Of a stretch of DNA of 60,965 nt, positions 9,990 to 19,943 are shown piece after piece (within the stretch, counting starts at the first letter, position 1; every line of letters starts with the position of its first letter). Source of the stretch: Candidatus Bathyarchaeia archaeon (GTDB lineage: Archaea > Thermoproteota > Bathyarchaeia > Bathyarchaeales > Bathycorpusculaceae); contig JAVZNC010000007.1 of NCBI GenBank assembly GCA_038882955.1, forward strand, positions 1-60,965, in the 5' to 3' direction. A program made the translations under genes and the position numbers. Under the pieces are notes generated by a model, which had not been told where the DNA came from, did no database searches, and was given only the letters and a program-made list of their open reading frames with translations.

Positions 9990-10539
9990 CCCTACTTATC
10001 CCAATCTTTCTCAAAACTAACAATATTGAAAATCCCATGATACTTCCTGGGATGCAGCTTAAAGCCCATCCTAAACCGAATGTTAGAAAGGCTGAAAGCA
10101 AACCTTGATTTGATATTAGACTTAGGGATTTTTGGTCACCTATCCAAGGCGCAATTAGAAAAAGCGCAAGCGGCGCACCAATAAGTATCGTGCCAATGGG
10201 TTCTGTGAGAGCAGCGGCGAGACGCTTACTTTCACTGATTTTTAATCGCTTTAGAATCCAATAGGTTAAGCCAACAACCAAGCCGCCTGGAATTCCGCCT
10301 GGAAAAGCGTATATCGTGCCTACGCCAAGCATGTTCCTTATTGCTCCAATGAAGACTGCGGCTGTTACTGCCCAAAATGGTCCAGCGAGAACTCCTAAAA
10401 TCGCGTTTACCATGTGCTGCGTCGGGTTAGCTTTTGTTCCATAAACGTAAAACCACGTGTACGGTGATACGGCTACTCCAAGAGCGGAGAAAACCATCAC
10501 CAAAGCGAGCTTCTTTACGTGCACAGTCCTACTTTTCAT
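9970..10539 (-). CDS. thiW: ECF transporter S component ThiW (thiazole precursor uptake)
   Basis: PTQHMVNAILGVLAGP, RNMLGVGTIYAFPGG and EPIGT signatures, within a thiamine operon. Confidence 0.9.
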   Translation of the reverse strand: MKSRTVHVKKLALVMVFSALGVAVSPYTWFYVYGTKANPTQHMVNAILGVLAGPFWAVTAAVFIGAIRNMLGVGTIYAFPGGIPGGLVVGLTYWILKRLKISESKRLAAALTEPIGTILIGAPLALFLIAPWIGDQKSLSLISNQGLLSAFLTFGLGWALSCIPGSIMGFSILLVLRKIGISRDVLFGE

Positions 10540-11908
10540 TTTTCATCTCCCACGCAAGTTTCACGACAAGCTCAGCCAAATCGTAGGCGCTTCTCCCAAA
10601 AAGCACAATCATGGGTTCTTTGCCCACGTCTCCCCTATGATATATAACGTCAGGAGCCTTTCCAACCCTCTCAATGGCTTCCTTTACACCCCAGGGAATG
10701 GTTTTCCCTTCAACAAATTTAATTTCTAAAGGCTCTTTGCTTCTATCATAAGAGGAAATGAGCATTCCGTGCTTTTCTAGGATTTTTAGGGTTTTCTCTG
10801 AAAATTTTATGTTAACTGCAGCCGCCTTTGTCTCGTCATGCCCTTTCATTTCAAGTATGTATTTGGCAAGATGTGAAGAGCAGCCAAATTTCACGTTGCC
10901 AACAGCTCTAACACCGCCAATTGTCTTTACGATTCTGCCTTCAATTGCGGCTATGTCGCTAACGTTTTCCGAGTATGGAATTGCCATGGCTATGTTCATG
11001 CCAACTTCAGGGACAAGCAAAGAAACCTCGGGAGACTTTTCAATCAATTCCTTGGCTTTGTCAACATTCACCAGCACAGCGTAGCGTGAAGATTCCCTGT
11101 AGAGGCTAGCCATCGGATTAACGGGTCCATAGCCCTTACCGACATTTAACCCAAACTTTATTCCAAGAGTGACTATCTCCTTAGCTTTTTCAACGGCAGC
11201 GGGTATGGGCTTTCCCTTAGCTAGTTCAGCCGCTATGGCTGCTGAGAAGCTGCATCCGGTTCCATGGGTAGATTTAACATTCAGCCTTGGGGCGCTGAAC
11301 TTTTTTGTTTTTCCGTTGAAGTATAAGATGTCAATGACGTCCTCTTCTTCTAAGTGTCCACCTTTAACAACGACGGCTTTTGGTCCAAGTTCAGAAATTT
11401 TTTTAGCCGCCGTTTCCGCGTCCTTTAAATTTTGAATTTTCATGTCTGCCAGTTTTTCCGCCTCAAACTTGTTTGGCGTTATAACCGTGGCTTTTGGCAG
11501 AAGATGCTTCTTAAAGGCGTCAATAGCTTCGGCTTTCAACAATGGCGCTCCAGACTTCGCAATCATCACCGGGTCGACAACCAATGAAAAATCGTATTTT
11601 GCAACTTCAGAGGCTACAGCGCCTATTATTTCTTCGGTGTGGAGCATACCCGTTTTTCCAGCGTCTATGCCTAAATCTTCAGCGACAACCCTAATCTGTT
11701 CAAGGATAATTTCTGGTTTCAAATCTTCAATGGCTCTAACAGTACACGTGTTTTGTGCGGTGACAGACGTTATTGCCGTTGCGCCGTGAACGCCCAAAGC
11801 TGCAAACGTTTTGAGGTCAGCTTGGATTCCCGCGCCTCCTCCAGAGTCGCTTCCAGCAATTGTTATTGCCACTGGAATTTTGCCCTTAACCTTATTTATT
11901 TCAAACAT
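10529..11908 (-). CDS. thiD: Bifunctional HMP/HMP-P kinase and thiamine-phosphate synthase ThiDN
   Basis: [25 protein letters not shown], plus a C-terminal ThiN domain (PEVGMN, SSHLA, GKEPM). Start reassigned to ATG 11908. Confidence 0.93.
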   Translation of the reverse strand: MFEINKVKGKIPVAITIAGSDSGGGAGIQADLKTFAALGVHGATAITSVTAQNTCTVRAIEDLKPEIILEQIRVVAEDLGIDAGKTGMLHTEEIIGAVASEVAKYDFSLVVDPVMIAKSGAPLLKAEAIDAFKKHLLPKATVITPNKFEAEKLADMKIQNLKDAETAAKKISELGPKAVVVKGGHLEEEDVIDILYFNGKTKKFSAPRLNVKSTHGTGCSFSAAIAAELAKGKPIPAAVEKAKEIVTLGIKFGLNVGKGYGPVNPMASLYRESSRYAVLVNVDKAKELIEKSPEVSLLVPEVGMNIAMAIPYSENVSDIAAIEGRIVKTIGGVRAVGNVKFGCSSHLAKYILEMKGHDETKAAAVNIKFSEKTLKILEKHGMLISSYDRSKEPLEIKFVEGKTIPWGVKEAIERVGKAPDVIYHRGDVGKEPMIVLFGRSAYDLAELVVKLAWEMKNEK

Positions 11909-13194
11909 TCCAAATTCCCTTTTTCTAAAATGTAAAGCGTGACGGCTGAAATTATGAAGGACGGTATGCTTGAACCCCATGATGTATAATTGTAGAATAT
12001 GAAGTACACAAATACTCCCACAATCCAAGAAATTATTGGTTTGCCCCTTAAGCCTTTAGCCTTAGAATAAAATTCTTCTATGTCGTAGGCTTTTTTCCTG
12101 ACTAGGTAAAAGTCCACTGCAAGAACGCCTAACAGAGGCACGAAAACCGCGCCTATATACAGTAAGAAGCCTTCATAGGCTGCTTGCCATTCGGTGGGCA
12201 TTAAAGCCGCCAATAAAACGCTTATAACGGTTATTGCGGCGACAATTTTTAGTTGCTTGGTTTTTGGCGAAATGTTTTGTATGGAAACCGCTCCAGAATA
12301 TATGTCGGCAAAACAATTGTCGGTTTCATCAACCAAAAGCAAAGTTAAAGCGAGACCTCCAAAGGTTATTGAGGCTATTGAATGGATTATGCTCTCTCCA
12401 GGGTAAGCCAAAACCAGCAAAGCGCCTAAAGAGTAGAACCAAGAGTTTGCAAATGTATATCCAGAGAGGGTTCCCAGAAAAGCATCCTTTTCACTTTTTG
12501 AAAACCTGTTATAGTCCGATATTAGTGGCCACCATGAAATTGGCATTGCTATAACAAGGTCTAAGGCTAGCGGTATGGGCAGTGAGCCCTCTCCTGTTGA
12601 TGCCAAGATCTGGGGGAATTTTGAAAGAACCACGTAGGTTATGTAGATTGCTGTTCCATAGGTGAACCATATGGCGAATTTTTCTAGCCAGTGCCTCACG
12701 ACAACTAATGGTCCTCCAATGCATAAGAGGAAGCACCAAACTGCAAAAACTATAATCCAAAAGTATAGGGTGTACGAACCTAGAAACGCGCCTGTGAGGC
12801 TTAGGGCTGAATTCGCCATTATTATTATTTCGAAGGATGCCCACCCAATAAGCTGAATAACATTAAGTATTGTGGGGGCAAAAGAGCCTTTCAACCCCAA
12901 AACCGCCCTCAAACTCACCATGGTTGGTATTCCATATCTGCTTCCTAAACCACCTGCCAAAGCCAACATCAACGAACCAATAACGGAACCCAAAACGGTC
13001 ACGATGACTGCTTCGCTCAGAGACAAGCCTGGAACAAGCAAACCGCCAGCCTGAAGCACAAGCAAACCAACAGCTAAACTAGACCATAAAATGAAATAGT
13101 CAAAAGATCCCAAAATCTTCTTTTCCGCTGGTACTGGATCCGCCCCCCATTCCGGAGGCAGTTTAAAGCCAAATTTTCTTTTACTCTCTTTCAC
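11896..13194 (-). CDS. cytX: NCS1/purine-cytosine permease, probable hydroxymethylpyrimidine transporter CytX
   Basis: About 12 TM helices, [17 protein letters not shown](E)[13 protein letters not shown] start at 13194 directly follows the riboswitch. Confidence 0.85.
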   Translation of the reverse strand: MKESKRKFGFKLPPEWGADPVPAEKKILGSFDYFILWSSLAVGLLVLQAGGLLVPGLSLSEAVIVTVLGSVIGSLMLALAGGLGSRYGIPTMVSLRAVLGLKGSFAPTILNVIQLIGWASFEIIIMANSALSLTGAFLGSYTLYFWIIVFAVWCFLLCIGGPLVVVRHWLEKFAIWFTYGTAIYITYVVLSKFPQILASTGEGSLPIPLALDLVIAMPISWWPLISDYNRFSKSEKDAFLGTLSGYTFANSWFYSLGALLVLAYPGESIIHSIASITFGGLALTLLLVDETDNCFADIYSGAVSIQNISPKTKQLKIVAAITVISVLLAALMPTEWQAAYEGFLLYIGAVFVPLLGVLAVDFYLVRKKAYDIEEFYSKAKGLRGKPIISWIVGVFVYFIFYNYTSWGSSIPSFIISAVTLYILEKGNLECLK

Positions 13195-13290
13195 GGTTTT
13201 CCCTCCGCCGGCATTACCCGGATCAGGTTCTAGGGGTCGACGGCGTTTAGCCGTCCTCTCAGCCGGGTCACCGCCCAGCTCCCCCAAACC
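13195..13290 (-). ncRNA. TPP (THI-box) riboswitch
   Basis: Minus strand reads GGTTT-GGGGGAGCTGGGCGGTGACCCGGCTGAGAGGACGGCTAAACGCCGTCGACCCCTAGAACCTGATCCGGGTAATGCCGGCGGAGGGA-AAACC. It has the conserved CTGAGA and GAACCTGATC..TAATGCC.GCG.AGGGA blocks, and P1 is GGTTT/AAACC. Confidence 0.95.
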
Positions 13291-13353
13291 TTTGGGTGGG
13301 ATAATCGTTATTTACTCGTATATTTATTTTTCCTAGAGTTGGCGTTTGCTGGG

Positions 13354-15819
13354 ATGTTGCGTATGAAGTCTTTGCCTAAGGAGTTTGATCCTATCGAGGT
13401 TGAGCGTAGGTGGCAGAAGGCTTGGGAGGAGCTTGGCGTTTACCGTTTCGATTGGGAAGACAAAACGCGTCCAGTTTTTAGTATTGATACTCCTCCGCCT
13501 TATCCTTCCGGCGAATTTCACATGGGAAACGTCCTAAACTGGACTTACTTTGACATAGTCGCCAGATACAAGCGCATGAGAGGCTACAACGTTTATTTTC
13601 CGCAGGGCTGGGACTGCCACGGCTTAAGCATCGAGGTTCAGGTTGAACGCGAACGCAATGTTAGAAAGCGCGAGGTTCCACCTGACAAGTTTCGCAAGTG
13701 GTGTGAAGAGCTTGTTGAAAAGTACATTGCCATGATGAAGGAAAGCGTTATTAGGCTGGGCTGCAGCGTTGACTGGACAACAGAGTACCGCACGATGGAC
13801 CCTGATTATTGGCGTAAAACCCAGCTCAGCTTCATAATTTTGTACAAGAAGGGTTTCATTTATCAGGGCACGCATCCAGTTAATTGGTGTCCAAGATGTG
13901 AAACGGCTATTGCTGACGCTGAAGTGGACTATGAGGAACGCGAGGGCACGCTTCACTACATTAGGTTTCCGCTGGAAAACAGCGAGGAATTTCTGCGCAT
14001 TGCAACAACCCGTCCAGAGTTTATCCCAGCATGCGTAGCCGTTGCGGTTAACCCGGATGACGATAGGTTTAGGAGCTACATTGGCAAGCGAATAATTGTT
14101 CCCATAGTGAACCGCAGCGCCGAAATAATCCCAGACGAGAACGTTGACCCATCCTTCGGAACGGGCGTGGTTATGATATGCACTTACGGCGACAAGGAAG
14201 ACGTAAAAACAGTGATTAAGCACAAGCTTCCAGTAATCACGCTTTTGACGGAAAGCGGGCTGATAAACGAGAACGGGGGAAAATACAAGGGCTTAACCAC
14301 AGAAGAGGCGAAAAAGGCAATTGTTAAAGACTTGAAGGCTGCTGGGCTTCTCGAGAAAACAGAAAGGCTGAAGCAGGAAATAGGCGTCTGCGACAGATGC
14401 GGCGCGACAGTTGAAATTCTTGAGCGTAAACAGTGGTTTATGAAGACGCGCATACTGACTGACAATGTTGAGAAGGCAGCCAACGAAGTGGTTTGGTATC
14501 CAGACTACATGAAAATTCGTCTTATAGACTGGGCGCGTTCGCTAGACTGGGATTGGGTGATAAGTCGCCAACGCGTTTTTGGAACGCCAATACCCATATG
14601 GTACTGCAAAGAATGCGGCGAAATCATCCTCGCAAAAGAGGAATGGGTACCAATCGACCCAAAACTCGAAAAGCCTAGAATAGACGCTTGTCCAAAATGC
14701 GGATGCACAGAATTCATTCCAGAAAGAGACGTTTTCGACACTTGGATGGACTCATCCATATCCTGCGCGGTTCACGCTGGCTGGCCTGACCGCGAAGATT
14801 GGCGTAGGCTTTTCCCAGCGGATTTGCATCCCTCTGGCATAGACATCATTAGGACTTGGGCTTACTATTTGATGGTTAGGCACTTGGCGCTTTTTGACGA
14901 GAAGCCATACAAGAGTTGCCTAATCAACGGTATGGTTTTGGGTTCAGATGGCAGAAAGATGAGTAAATCTCTTAAGAATTATGTTCCAGCGCCAGACGTG
15001 CTTGACAAGTACGGAACAGACGCAACTAGACAGTGGGCTGCTGGCGGCGGAGCTACTGGCTCGGATATTCCATTCAGATGGCAAGATGTGGAGTATAGCA
15101 GACGCTTTTTGACGAAGCTTTGGAACGCCGCGAGGTTCGTAAGCGCCCAGCTTAAGGACTACAAGGGCGGCGAAAAGTTTGATTTGCAGCTTTTAGATAA
15201 GTGGATTTTAAGCAAGGCTGAAAGGGCAACGCAGAAGATTACAGAAGCCTTTGAAAACTACCAGTTCAACATTGCCCTAGAGGAAATCCGCAACTTTACT
15301 TGGCACGTTTTCTGCGACGAGTACATAGAGGCCGTTAAGGATAGGCTTTACAAGCTGGAAGTTTACGGAGAGGAAAAGCGGAGGGCTGTGCAATACACGC
15401 TCTACGAGGTTTTGTACCGCGTAATCCAACTTCTAGCGCCAATCTCGCCACACATGACAGAAGAAATCTATCAGGCGGTGTATGCCGAAAGAGTAGGCAA
15501 GAAAAGCCTACAAATAACGCCTTGGCCAGCCGTAGATACGAGTCGCATCAACGAAGAGGTTGAAAAGAAAGGCGACTTGGTGATAGCCGTAATAGGTGAG
15601 ATTAGACGCGAAAAGGCTGAAAGGCGAAAGCCGCTAAACGCCACTGTAAAGCGTCTGCGCATATACGCTGGAAGCAGCAAAAATGCAAGCATCCTAAGTG
15701 AGAGTAAAGAGGACATTATTGGCACATGCAAAATTGCACATTTAGAAATTCTGTCCGAAAAAGGAAAGGGCAGGGCTGTCGCAGACTTTCCAGAAATAAC
15801 CTTCATAAGTGAATATTAG
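13354..15819 (+). CDS. valS: Valine--tRNA ligase
   Basis: DTPPPY, HMGN (HIGH motif), ATTRPE, DWVISRQR, KMSKS. Exact start uncertain (13339, 13354 or 13363). Confidence 0.96.
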   Translation: MLRMKSLPKEFDPIEVERRWQKAWEELGVYRFDWEDKTRPVFSIDTPPPYPSGEFHMGNVLNWTYFDIVARYKRMRGYNVYFPQGWDCHGLSIEVQVERERNVRKREVPPDKFRKWCEELVEKYIAMMKESVIRLGCSVDWTTEYRTMDPDYWRKTQLSFIILYKKGFIYQGTHPVNWCPRCETAIADAEVDYEEREGTLHYIRFPLENSEEFLRIATTRPEFIPACVAVAVNPDDDRFRSYIGKRIIVPIVNRSAEIIPDENVDPSFGTGVVMICTYGDKEDVKTVIKHKLPVITLLTESGLINENGGKYKGLTTEEAKKAIVKDLKAAGLLEKTERLKQEIGVCDRCGATVEILERKQWFMKTRILTDNVEKAANEVVWYPDYMKIRLIDWARSLDWDWVISRQRVFGTPIPIWYCKECGEIILAKEEWVPIDPKLEKPRIDACPKCGCTEFIPERDVFDTWMDSSISCAVHAGWPDREDWRRLFPADLHPSGIDIIRTWAYYLMVRHLALFDEKPYKSCLINGMVLGSDGRKMSKSLKNYVPAPDVLDKYGTDATRQWAAGGGATGSDIPFRWQDVEYSRRFLTKLWNAARFVSAQLKDYKGGEKFDLQLLDKWILSKAERATQKITEAFENYQFNIALEEIRNFTWHVFCDEYIEAVKDRLYKLEVYGEEKRRAVQYTLYEVLYRVIQLLAPISPHMTEEIYQAVYAERVGKKSLQITPWPAVDTSRINEEVEKKGDLVIAVIGEIRREKAERRKPLNATVKRLRIYAGSSKNASILSESKEDIIGTCKIAHLEILSEKGKGRAVADFPEITFISEY

Positions 15820-15826
15820 TCTTTGG

Positions 15827-16975
15827 CTATCTGCATTTTTGGATTTCTTCTATTAGTTTGTCGATTTCTTCTTCCGTGTTGTAAAAGTGTGGCGAAACTC
15901 TTATTCCATTAGCCCTTGCAGAAACAACTATGCCATTTTGGCTTAAACGCTGCACTGCTTCTTTTGGCTTGTCAATTTTGAAGTTAACTATTCCAGAGCG
16001 GTATTGCCTTTCCTCTGGCGTCTGAAGTTGCAAGCCTAAATTCTTTAAAGCTTCCATTAGGTGGTCGGTAAGCGCAATTATTCGCCGTTCAACGTTTTCT
16101 ATGTCAAATTCTAAAAGCATTTTCATGGCTTCTGTGGCGCCGAGAAAGCTTATGAAACTTGGAGAACCAATCTCAAAGCGGCTGGCAGTGGGCGACAAAT
16201 CCAAGCGCCATATGTCCCAAAAATCAACAGTTTCAAAAATCTCTTGTTTCACGCTTGCCCAGCCGACAAACGGCGGCTCAAACTCTTCGATAAGCTCCTT
16301 CTTAACGTAGAAGTAACCGCATCCAGGCGGGCTTAGAAGCCATTTGTAACATGCAGTTGAAAGAAAATCCACATCGTCTCTTTTCACGTCCACCTTTAAG
16401 GCGCCAACAGACTGTATTGCGTCAACGATTAAGTATGCGCCATGCTTGTGTGCTATTTCGCTTAAAGCCCGCAAGTCATTCCGAAAGCCATTTGCATATT
16501 CAACATGGCTAACCGCAACAGCCACAGTTCCATCGTCAACAGCCCTCTCCACATCCTCAAGCAAAACTTTCCCATCAACATTCTTTACATATTCAACCTT
16601 AACGCCTAAACCCTTGCGCAGCCAAGGATAAACCACAGAGGGGTACTCCAAATCCGTCGTTACGATTTTTGAGCCGCTTGGATACTTTAGAACGTTTGCG
16701 GCAATGTTCAAGCCAACAGAAGTGTTCTCAACAAGAGCTATTTCTTCTGGCTTTGCGCCAATAAGCCTTGCAAATAATGGTTTTCCGCCGTCGTTCCATA
16801 CAATCGCCGTGTTTCCAAAATTCGAAAAGTCTTCAACGCACTTGTGCATGACGCCCGCAACAGGTTTTGGAAGCGGGGACTGTGCAGCATGATTCAAAAA
16901 CACTTTATTTTTCGTTATTGGAAACAGTTCGCGCATTTTTTCAATGTTTTGCATAGGCATCTCTTCCACATTCAT
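15827..16975 (-). CDS. Class V PLP-dependent aminotransferase (cysteine desulfurase/selenocysteine lyase-like fold)
   Basis: FLNHAA, VDAIQSVG, CYKWLLSP, RVSPHFYNT. Confidence 0.88.
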   Translation of the reverse strand: MNVEEMPMQNIEKMRELFPITKNKVFLNHAAQSPLPKPVAGVMHKCVEDFSNFGNTAIVWNDGGKPLFARLIGAKPEEIALVENTSVGLNIAANVLKYPSGSKIVTTDLEYPSVVYPWLRKGLGVKVEYVKNVDGKVLLEDVERAVDDGTVAVAVSHVEYANGFRNDLRALSEIAHKHGAYLIVDAIQSVGALKVDVKRDDVDFLSTACYKWLLSPPGCGYFYVKKELIEEFEPPFVGWASVKQEIFETVDFWDIWRLDLSPTASRFEIGSPSFISFLGATEAMKMLLEFDIENVERRIIALTDHLMEALKNLGLQLQTPEERQYRSGIVNFKIDKPKEAVQRLSQNGIVVSARANGIRVSPHFYNTEEEIDKLIEEIQKCR

Positions 16976-16987
16976 TTCTATTTAAAG

Positions 16988-18100
16988 CTAGGGTACAACG
17001 TTAAGCGAAAAACATCCAAAACAAGACCAATACTTCCGCAGTAACCTTTTCAACTCATCAATTGTCTTCTCGACGGTTCTGCGGCACTGCGGCGACTCCC
17101 CCGGCGGTTCATAAGGCTCTTCAACGCTTATATCCTTCAAGCCTGCAACACCAGCGACCAGCGCATACCAGCAAAGCGGCAAGACCTTCGGGTTATAACC
17201 GCTCCCAGGCATAAGAACAAGCTTTCCGCCGCAAACGGCATCAGCAGTTTCCCTAATAAGTTTTGCAACTTCAAAGAAGCCTTTAGCCGTTAGGCTTAAA
17301 TCTCCAAGGGAATCAGCAAAGTGGGAATCGCTCCCACCATTAGCAATTATGATTTCTGGCTTAAACTCATCAGCCATGGGAACAAAAACCTCTTTCAAAG
17401 CGTAAAGGTAAGTATCATCGCCAGTGCCAGGTGGAAGGGGAACATTAACATTGTAGCCTTCTCCAGCACCTTCGCCAATCTGCCAAATAAACCCAGTTCC
17501 AGGATAAAGTGTACGCGGGTCCTGATGAAGCGATATGAATAATACGTTTGGGTCTTTGTAGTAGATGTCGCTTGTGCCATTTCCAAAATGCACATCATAA
17601 TCCAAAATCAAAAATCGCTTAACGTTGCGTTTACTCCTCAAATATTCAATCAAAATGGCGATGTCGTTGAAGATGCAGAAGCCTCCGCCATAACTTTTAC
17701 CAGCATGATGGTAACCGCCACCTATGGAAACCGCCCTTTTCACCGCGCCGTTAAAAACAAGCTTTCCACATTCTATTGCGCCGCCAATAATAAGTAAGGC
17801 TGCTTCTAGAATCTGGGGAGAAACTGGCGTCTCAATGTCGTACGGTCTATTCTTTTCGGCTAAGTGGAAAACTAGGTTAACATAGTCTTCTGAATGAACC
17901 CTAAGCAAATCCTCCCTAGAAGCGGGTTTAGGTTCAATCAGTGCAACTTCAGAAAGCCCAAACAAACCTTGACTCTCAAAAAACTTAAACGCATTTTCGA
18001 ATCTGTCGCCTCTAAATGGATGTCCCTCACCGAGGTCATACTGCTTAAACTTCTCGTGAAAAGTCATCGCGATTTTCTCGGTTTTTTCTGACAATGGCAA
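16988..18100 (-). CDS. Histone deacetylase/AcuC family Zn deacetylase
   Basis: GGYHHA, GFCIFND, DYDVHFGNGT, GSDSH, GSGY. Confidence 0.92.
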   Translation of the reverse strand: MPLSEKTEKIAMTFHEKFKQYDLGEGHPFRGDRFENAFKFFESQGLFGLSEVALIEPKPASREDLLRVHSEDYVNLVFHLAEKNRPYDIETPVSPQILEAALLIIGGAIECGKLVFNGAVKRAVSIGGGYHHAGKSYGGGFCIFNDIAILIEYLRSKRNVKRFLILDYDVHFGNGTSDIYYKDPNVLFISLHQDPRTLYPGTGFIWQIGEGAGEGYNVNVPLPPGTGDDTYLYALKEVFVPMADEFKPEIIIANGGSDSHFADSLGDLSLTAKGFFEVAKLIRETADAVCGGKLVLMPGSGYNPKVLPLCWYALVAGVAGLKDISVEEPYEPPGESPQCRRTVEKTIDELKRLLRKYWSCFGCFSLNVVP

Positions 18101-18196
18101 TCCTCTTGTATACGGTAGTGCATGTTAAGAAACTAGGCTTTAGTATAAAATCCTTATCCGCGGCAAGTGTAAATAGAAAAAGGGAAAAAGTGCTTT

Positions 18197-18751
18197 TTAT
18201 TGTTGAACTTGTTGCTCATCAGCATTCGCTGTTGTCTGCTGTTGTGGTTCTTCAGTCTTCGCCTCTACAACATCCACCTCAACTTTTGCTTCTTGCTGCT
18301 GTGCGGGCGTGGGCGCGGGTTCGCTTACGTTTTGAATTACGTTTGCTTCTGGAATTTCGATGCCGCTTGAAATTTGATTCATAGCCTCTTTTATTATGTT
18401 CAACTCGTTTCTTGCAGTTTCAAGCCCCACGGAGAGGACGCCAATTTCACGCTGGTAGGTTTCATCGTCAACTTCTCCCGTCACATGTTGAATTTCAAAG
18501 TTCGCAAGCAGCATCTCCAAAGTCTTAACTTGTCCCTCAAGCTCATTCACCTTCAAGTTCATCTTTTCCAGCAAAGCCTTCTGCTGCTTCTCTATTTCTG
18601 CCATGGCTTGGCTTATCTCCTCGTTGAACAGGTCGTATGTTTGCCTCGAAATTTTGCCCGCGCCCAACAAGTTGTCTAACGCTTGCCTCTTTTTCTTTGA
18701 AATCGCGTATTCTTCGTTCAACCTCTTAAAGGAGTGCTTCCAAGAAATCAA
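18197..18751 (-). CDS. CdvA-like coiled-coil protein
   Basis: KKKRQALDNLLxxGKISxxTY and long heptads resemble the CdvA coiled-coil region, followed by an acidic tail. TTG start at 18751 after a GGCGGTG RBS. Confidence 0.7.
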   Translation of the reverse strand: MISWKHSFKRLNEEYAISKKKRQALDNLLGAGKISRQTYDLFNEEISQAMAEIEKQQKALLEKMNLKVNELEGQVKTLEMLLANFEIQHVTGEVDDETYQREIGVLSVGLETARNELNIIKEAMNQISSGIEIPEANVIQNVSEPAPTPAQQQEAKVEVDVVEAKTEEPQQQTTANADEQQVQQ

Positions 18752-19013
18752 ATTTTTACACCGCCAATTTTTAGCCCTAAAAATGAAAATAACATTTGTT
18801 AATATGCCCGTATATCGCTGAATATTTAAAGCGTTATCCAATGCGCTTGAAAGTGGAAAAATGCATTTAAAAACAGAAGCGCAAAAGCGCCCATAATACA
18901 AGTTAAATGTTAAAATTCAACGCGCAGCAATGCTTTTAAGACGCTGTCCAAACGGTTGGATGAGCGTCTTTGATGTTGAGTTGTTGTTTAAACATGTTCT
19001 ATTCAATTTCAAC

Positions 19014-19032
19014 TTCTAATTCGGAATTAGAA
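19014..19032. promoter_or_regulatory. Palindromic putative operator upstream of PadR
   Basis: TTCTAATTC-G-GAATTAGAA is a perfect 9-bp inverted repeat just upstream of a TTTAAATA TATA-like box. Confidence 0.45.
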
Positions 19033-19082
19033 TAAAATTTAAATATTTATATCCAACCTAAAATGTTAAAATGTGATTAAAC

Positions 19083-19454
19083 ATGACTGCTTTGACGATA
19101 ATCGTTGGCGGTGAAAGATTGGAAGGAAAAATACTGAAAAAGATGCATGAACGCATAATCAAAAACTTCATGGACATAATAATCCTCGCAGAACTAAGAA
19201 ACGGACCGATGAGCGGCTACGACGTAATCTCATTCATCCACAACAAATTCCACCTACTAGTCAGCTCAGGCACAGTATACTCGCTTCTATACTCGCTAGA
19301 AAGAAATGGACTAATAGAGGGAACATGGAACGAAAGAAAACGCGTCTACAAACTAACAGACAAAGGAAACAAAACAATAGAAACAATACTAAGCGCAAAC
19401 GACAAAATAAAAAACTTCATAACAGGACTCCTAAAAGTCCAATATAACCCCTAA
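19083..19454 (+). CDS. PadR-family transcriptional regulator
   Basis: MSGYDV, SSGTVYSLLYSLE, RKRVYKLTDKG. Confidence 0.9.
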   Translation: MTALTIIVGGERLEGKILKKMHERIIKNFMDIIILAELRNGPMSGYDVISFIHNKFHLLVSSGTVYSLLYSLERNGLIEGTWNERKRVYKLTDKGNKTIETILSANDKIKNFITGLLKVQYNP

Positions 19455-19519
19455 ACCCTCAATTTTTTAAAACAAAACAGAAACACTAAAAAACAACTTT
19501 TAACCTAAAAGCCAAAAGA

Positions 19520-19618
19520 GGGCCCGTAGCTCAGTAAGGATAGAGCACCGGGCTTTTAAGCCAACAAAAGCGCAGAGAAACCCGGGGGTCACGGGTTCAA
19601 TTCCCGTCGGGCCCGCCA
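19520..19618 (+). tRNA. tRNA-Lys(TTT) with a 21-nt canonical 37/38 intron (19559-19579)
   Basis: GGGCCCG/CGGGCCC acceptor, CCGGG/CCCGG anticodon stem, TTCAATT T-loop, BHB motif (CTTT/AGAG), encoded CCA. Confidence 0.93.
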
Positions 19619-19943
19619 CCCGGAGATGAATGGGATTGTTACTTCGCTCAGCGTCCTTTTCTAGGTTAAACGGCGCTAGCTTCCTGAAAAATTTTGCAAA
19701 AAAATTTAAAAGGGCCTATAGAGTTAACTATTTGTTGAAGAGGAGGTGCATCTCTGCATTTTTTGTTTGTATATGCGCTTTGTCTGAAAAATGAAGTTGA
19801 AAATGGATGTGAAAACAGGTGATGGTAACGGTGCTTTTGATGAACATGTTAACATCTGTGCTTAACATTGGACATGCTACAGCGCAGCTTGGAATACTAA
19901 TTCCTGACCATATATTTTATGCGAAAAAGGGAGAAAAGAAGAA

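Noticed and set aside
11909-12028. N-terminal extension of thiDN
   Set aside because: It overlaps the cytX coding region. Homology starts at ATG 11908.
13195-13287. N-terminal extension of the cytX ORF (MGELGGDPAERT...)
   Set aside because: It is the translated riboswitch. The real start is GTG at 13194.
18752-18901. Long N-terminal extension of the CdvA-like ORF
   Set aside because: AT-rich promoter-like sequence. The RBS supports a start at 18751.
19807-19900. Signal-peptide-like fragment (M*KQVMVTVLLMNMLTSVLNIGHATA)
   Set aside because: A stop follows the ATG and there is no downstream body. Possibly a relic, but too weak to call.
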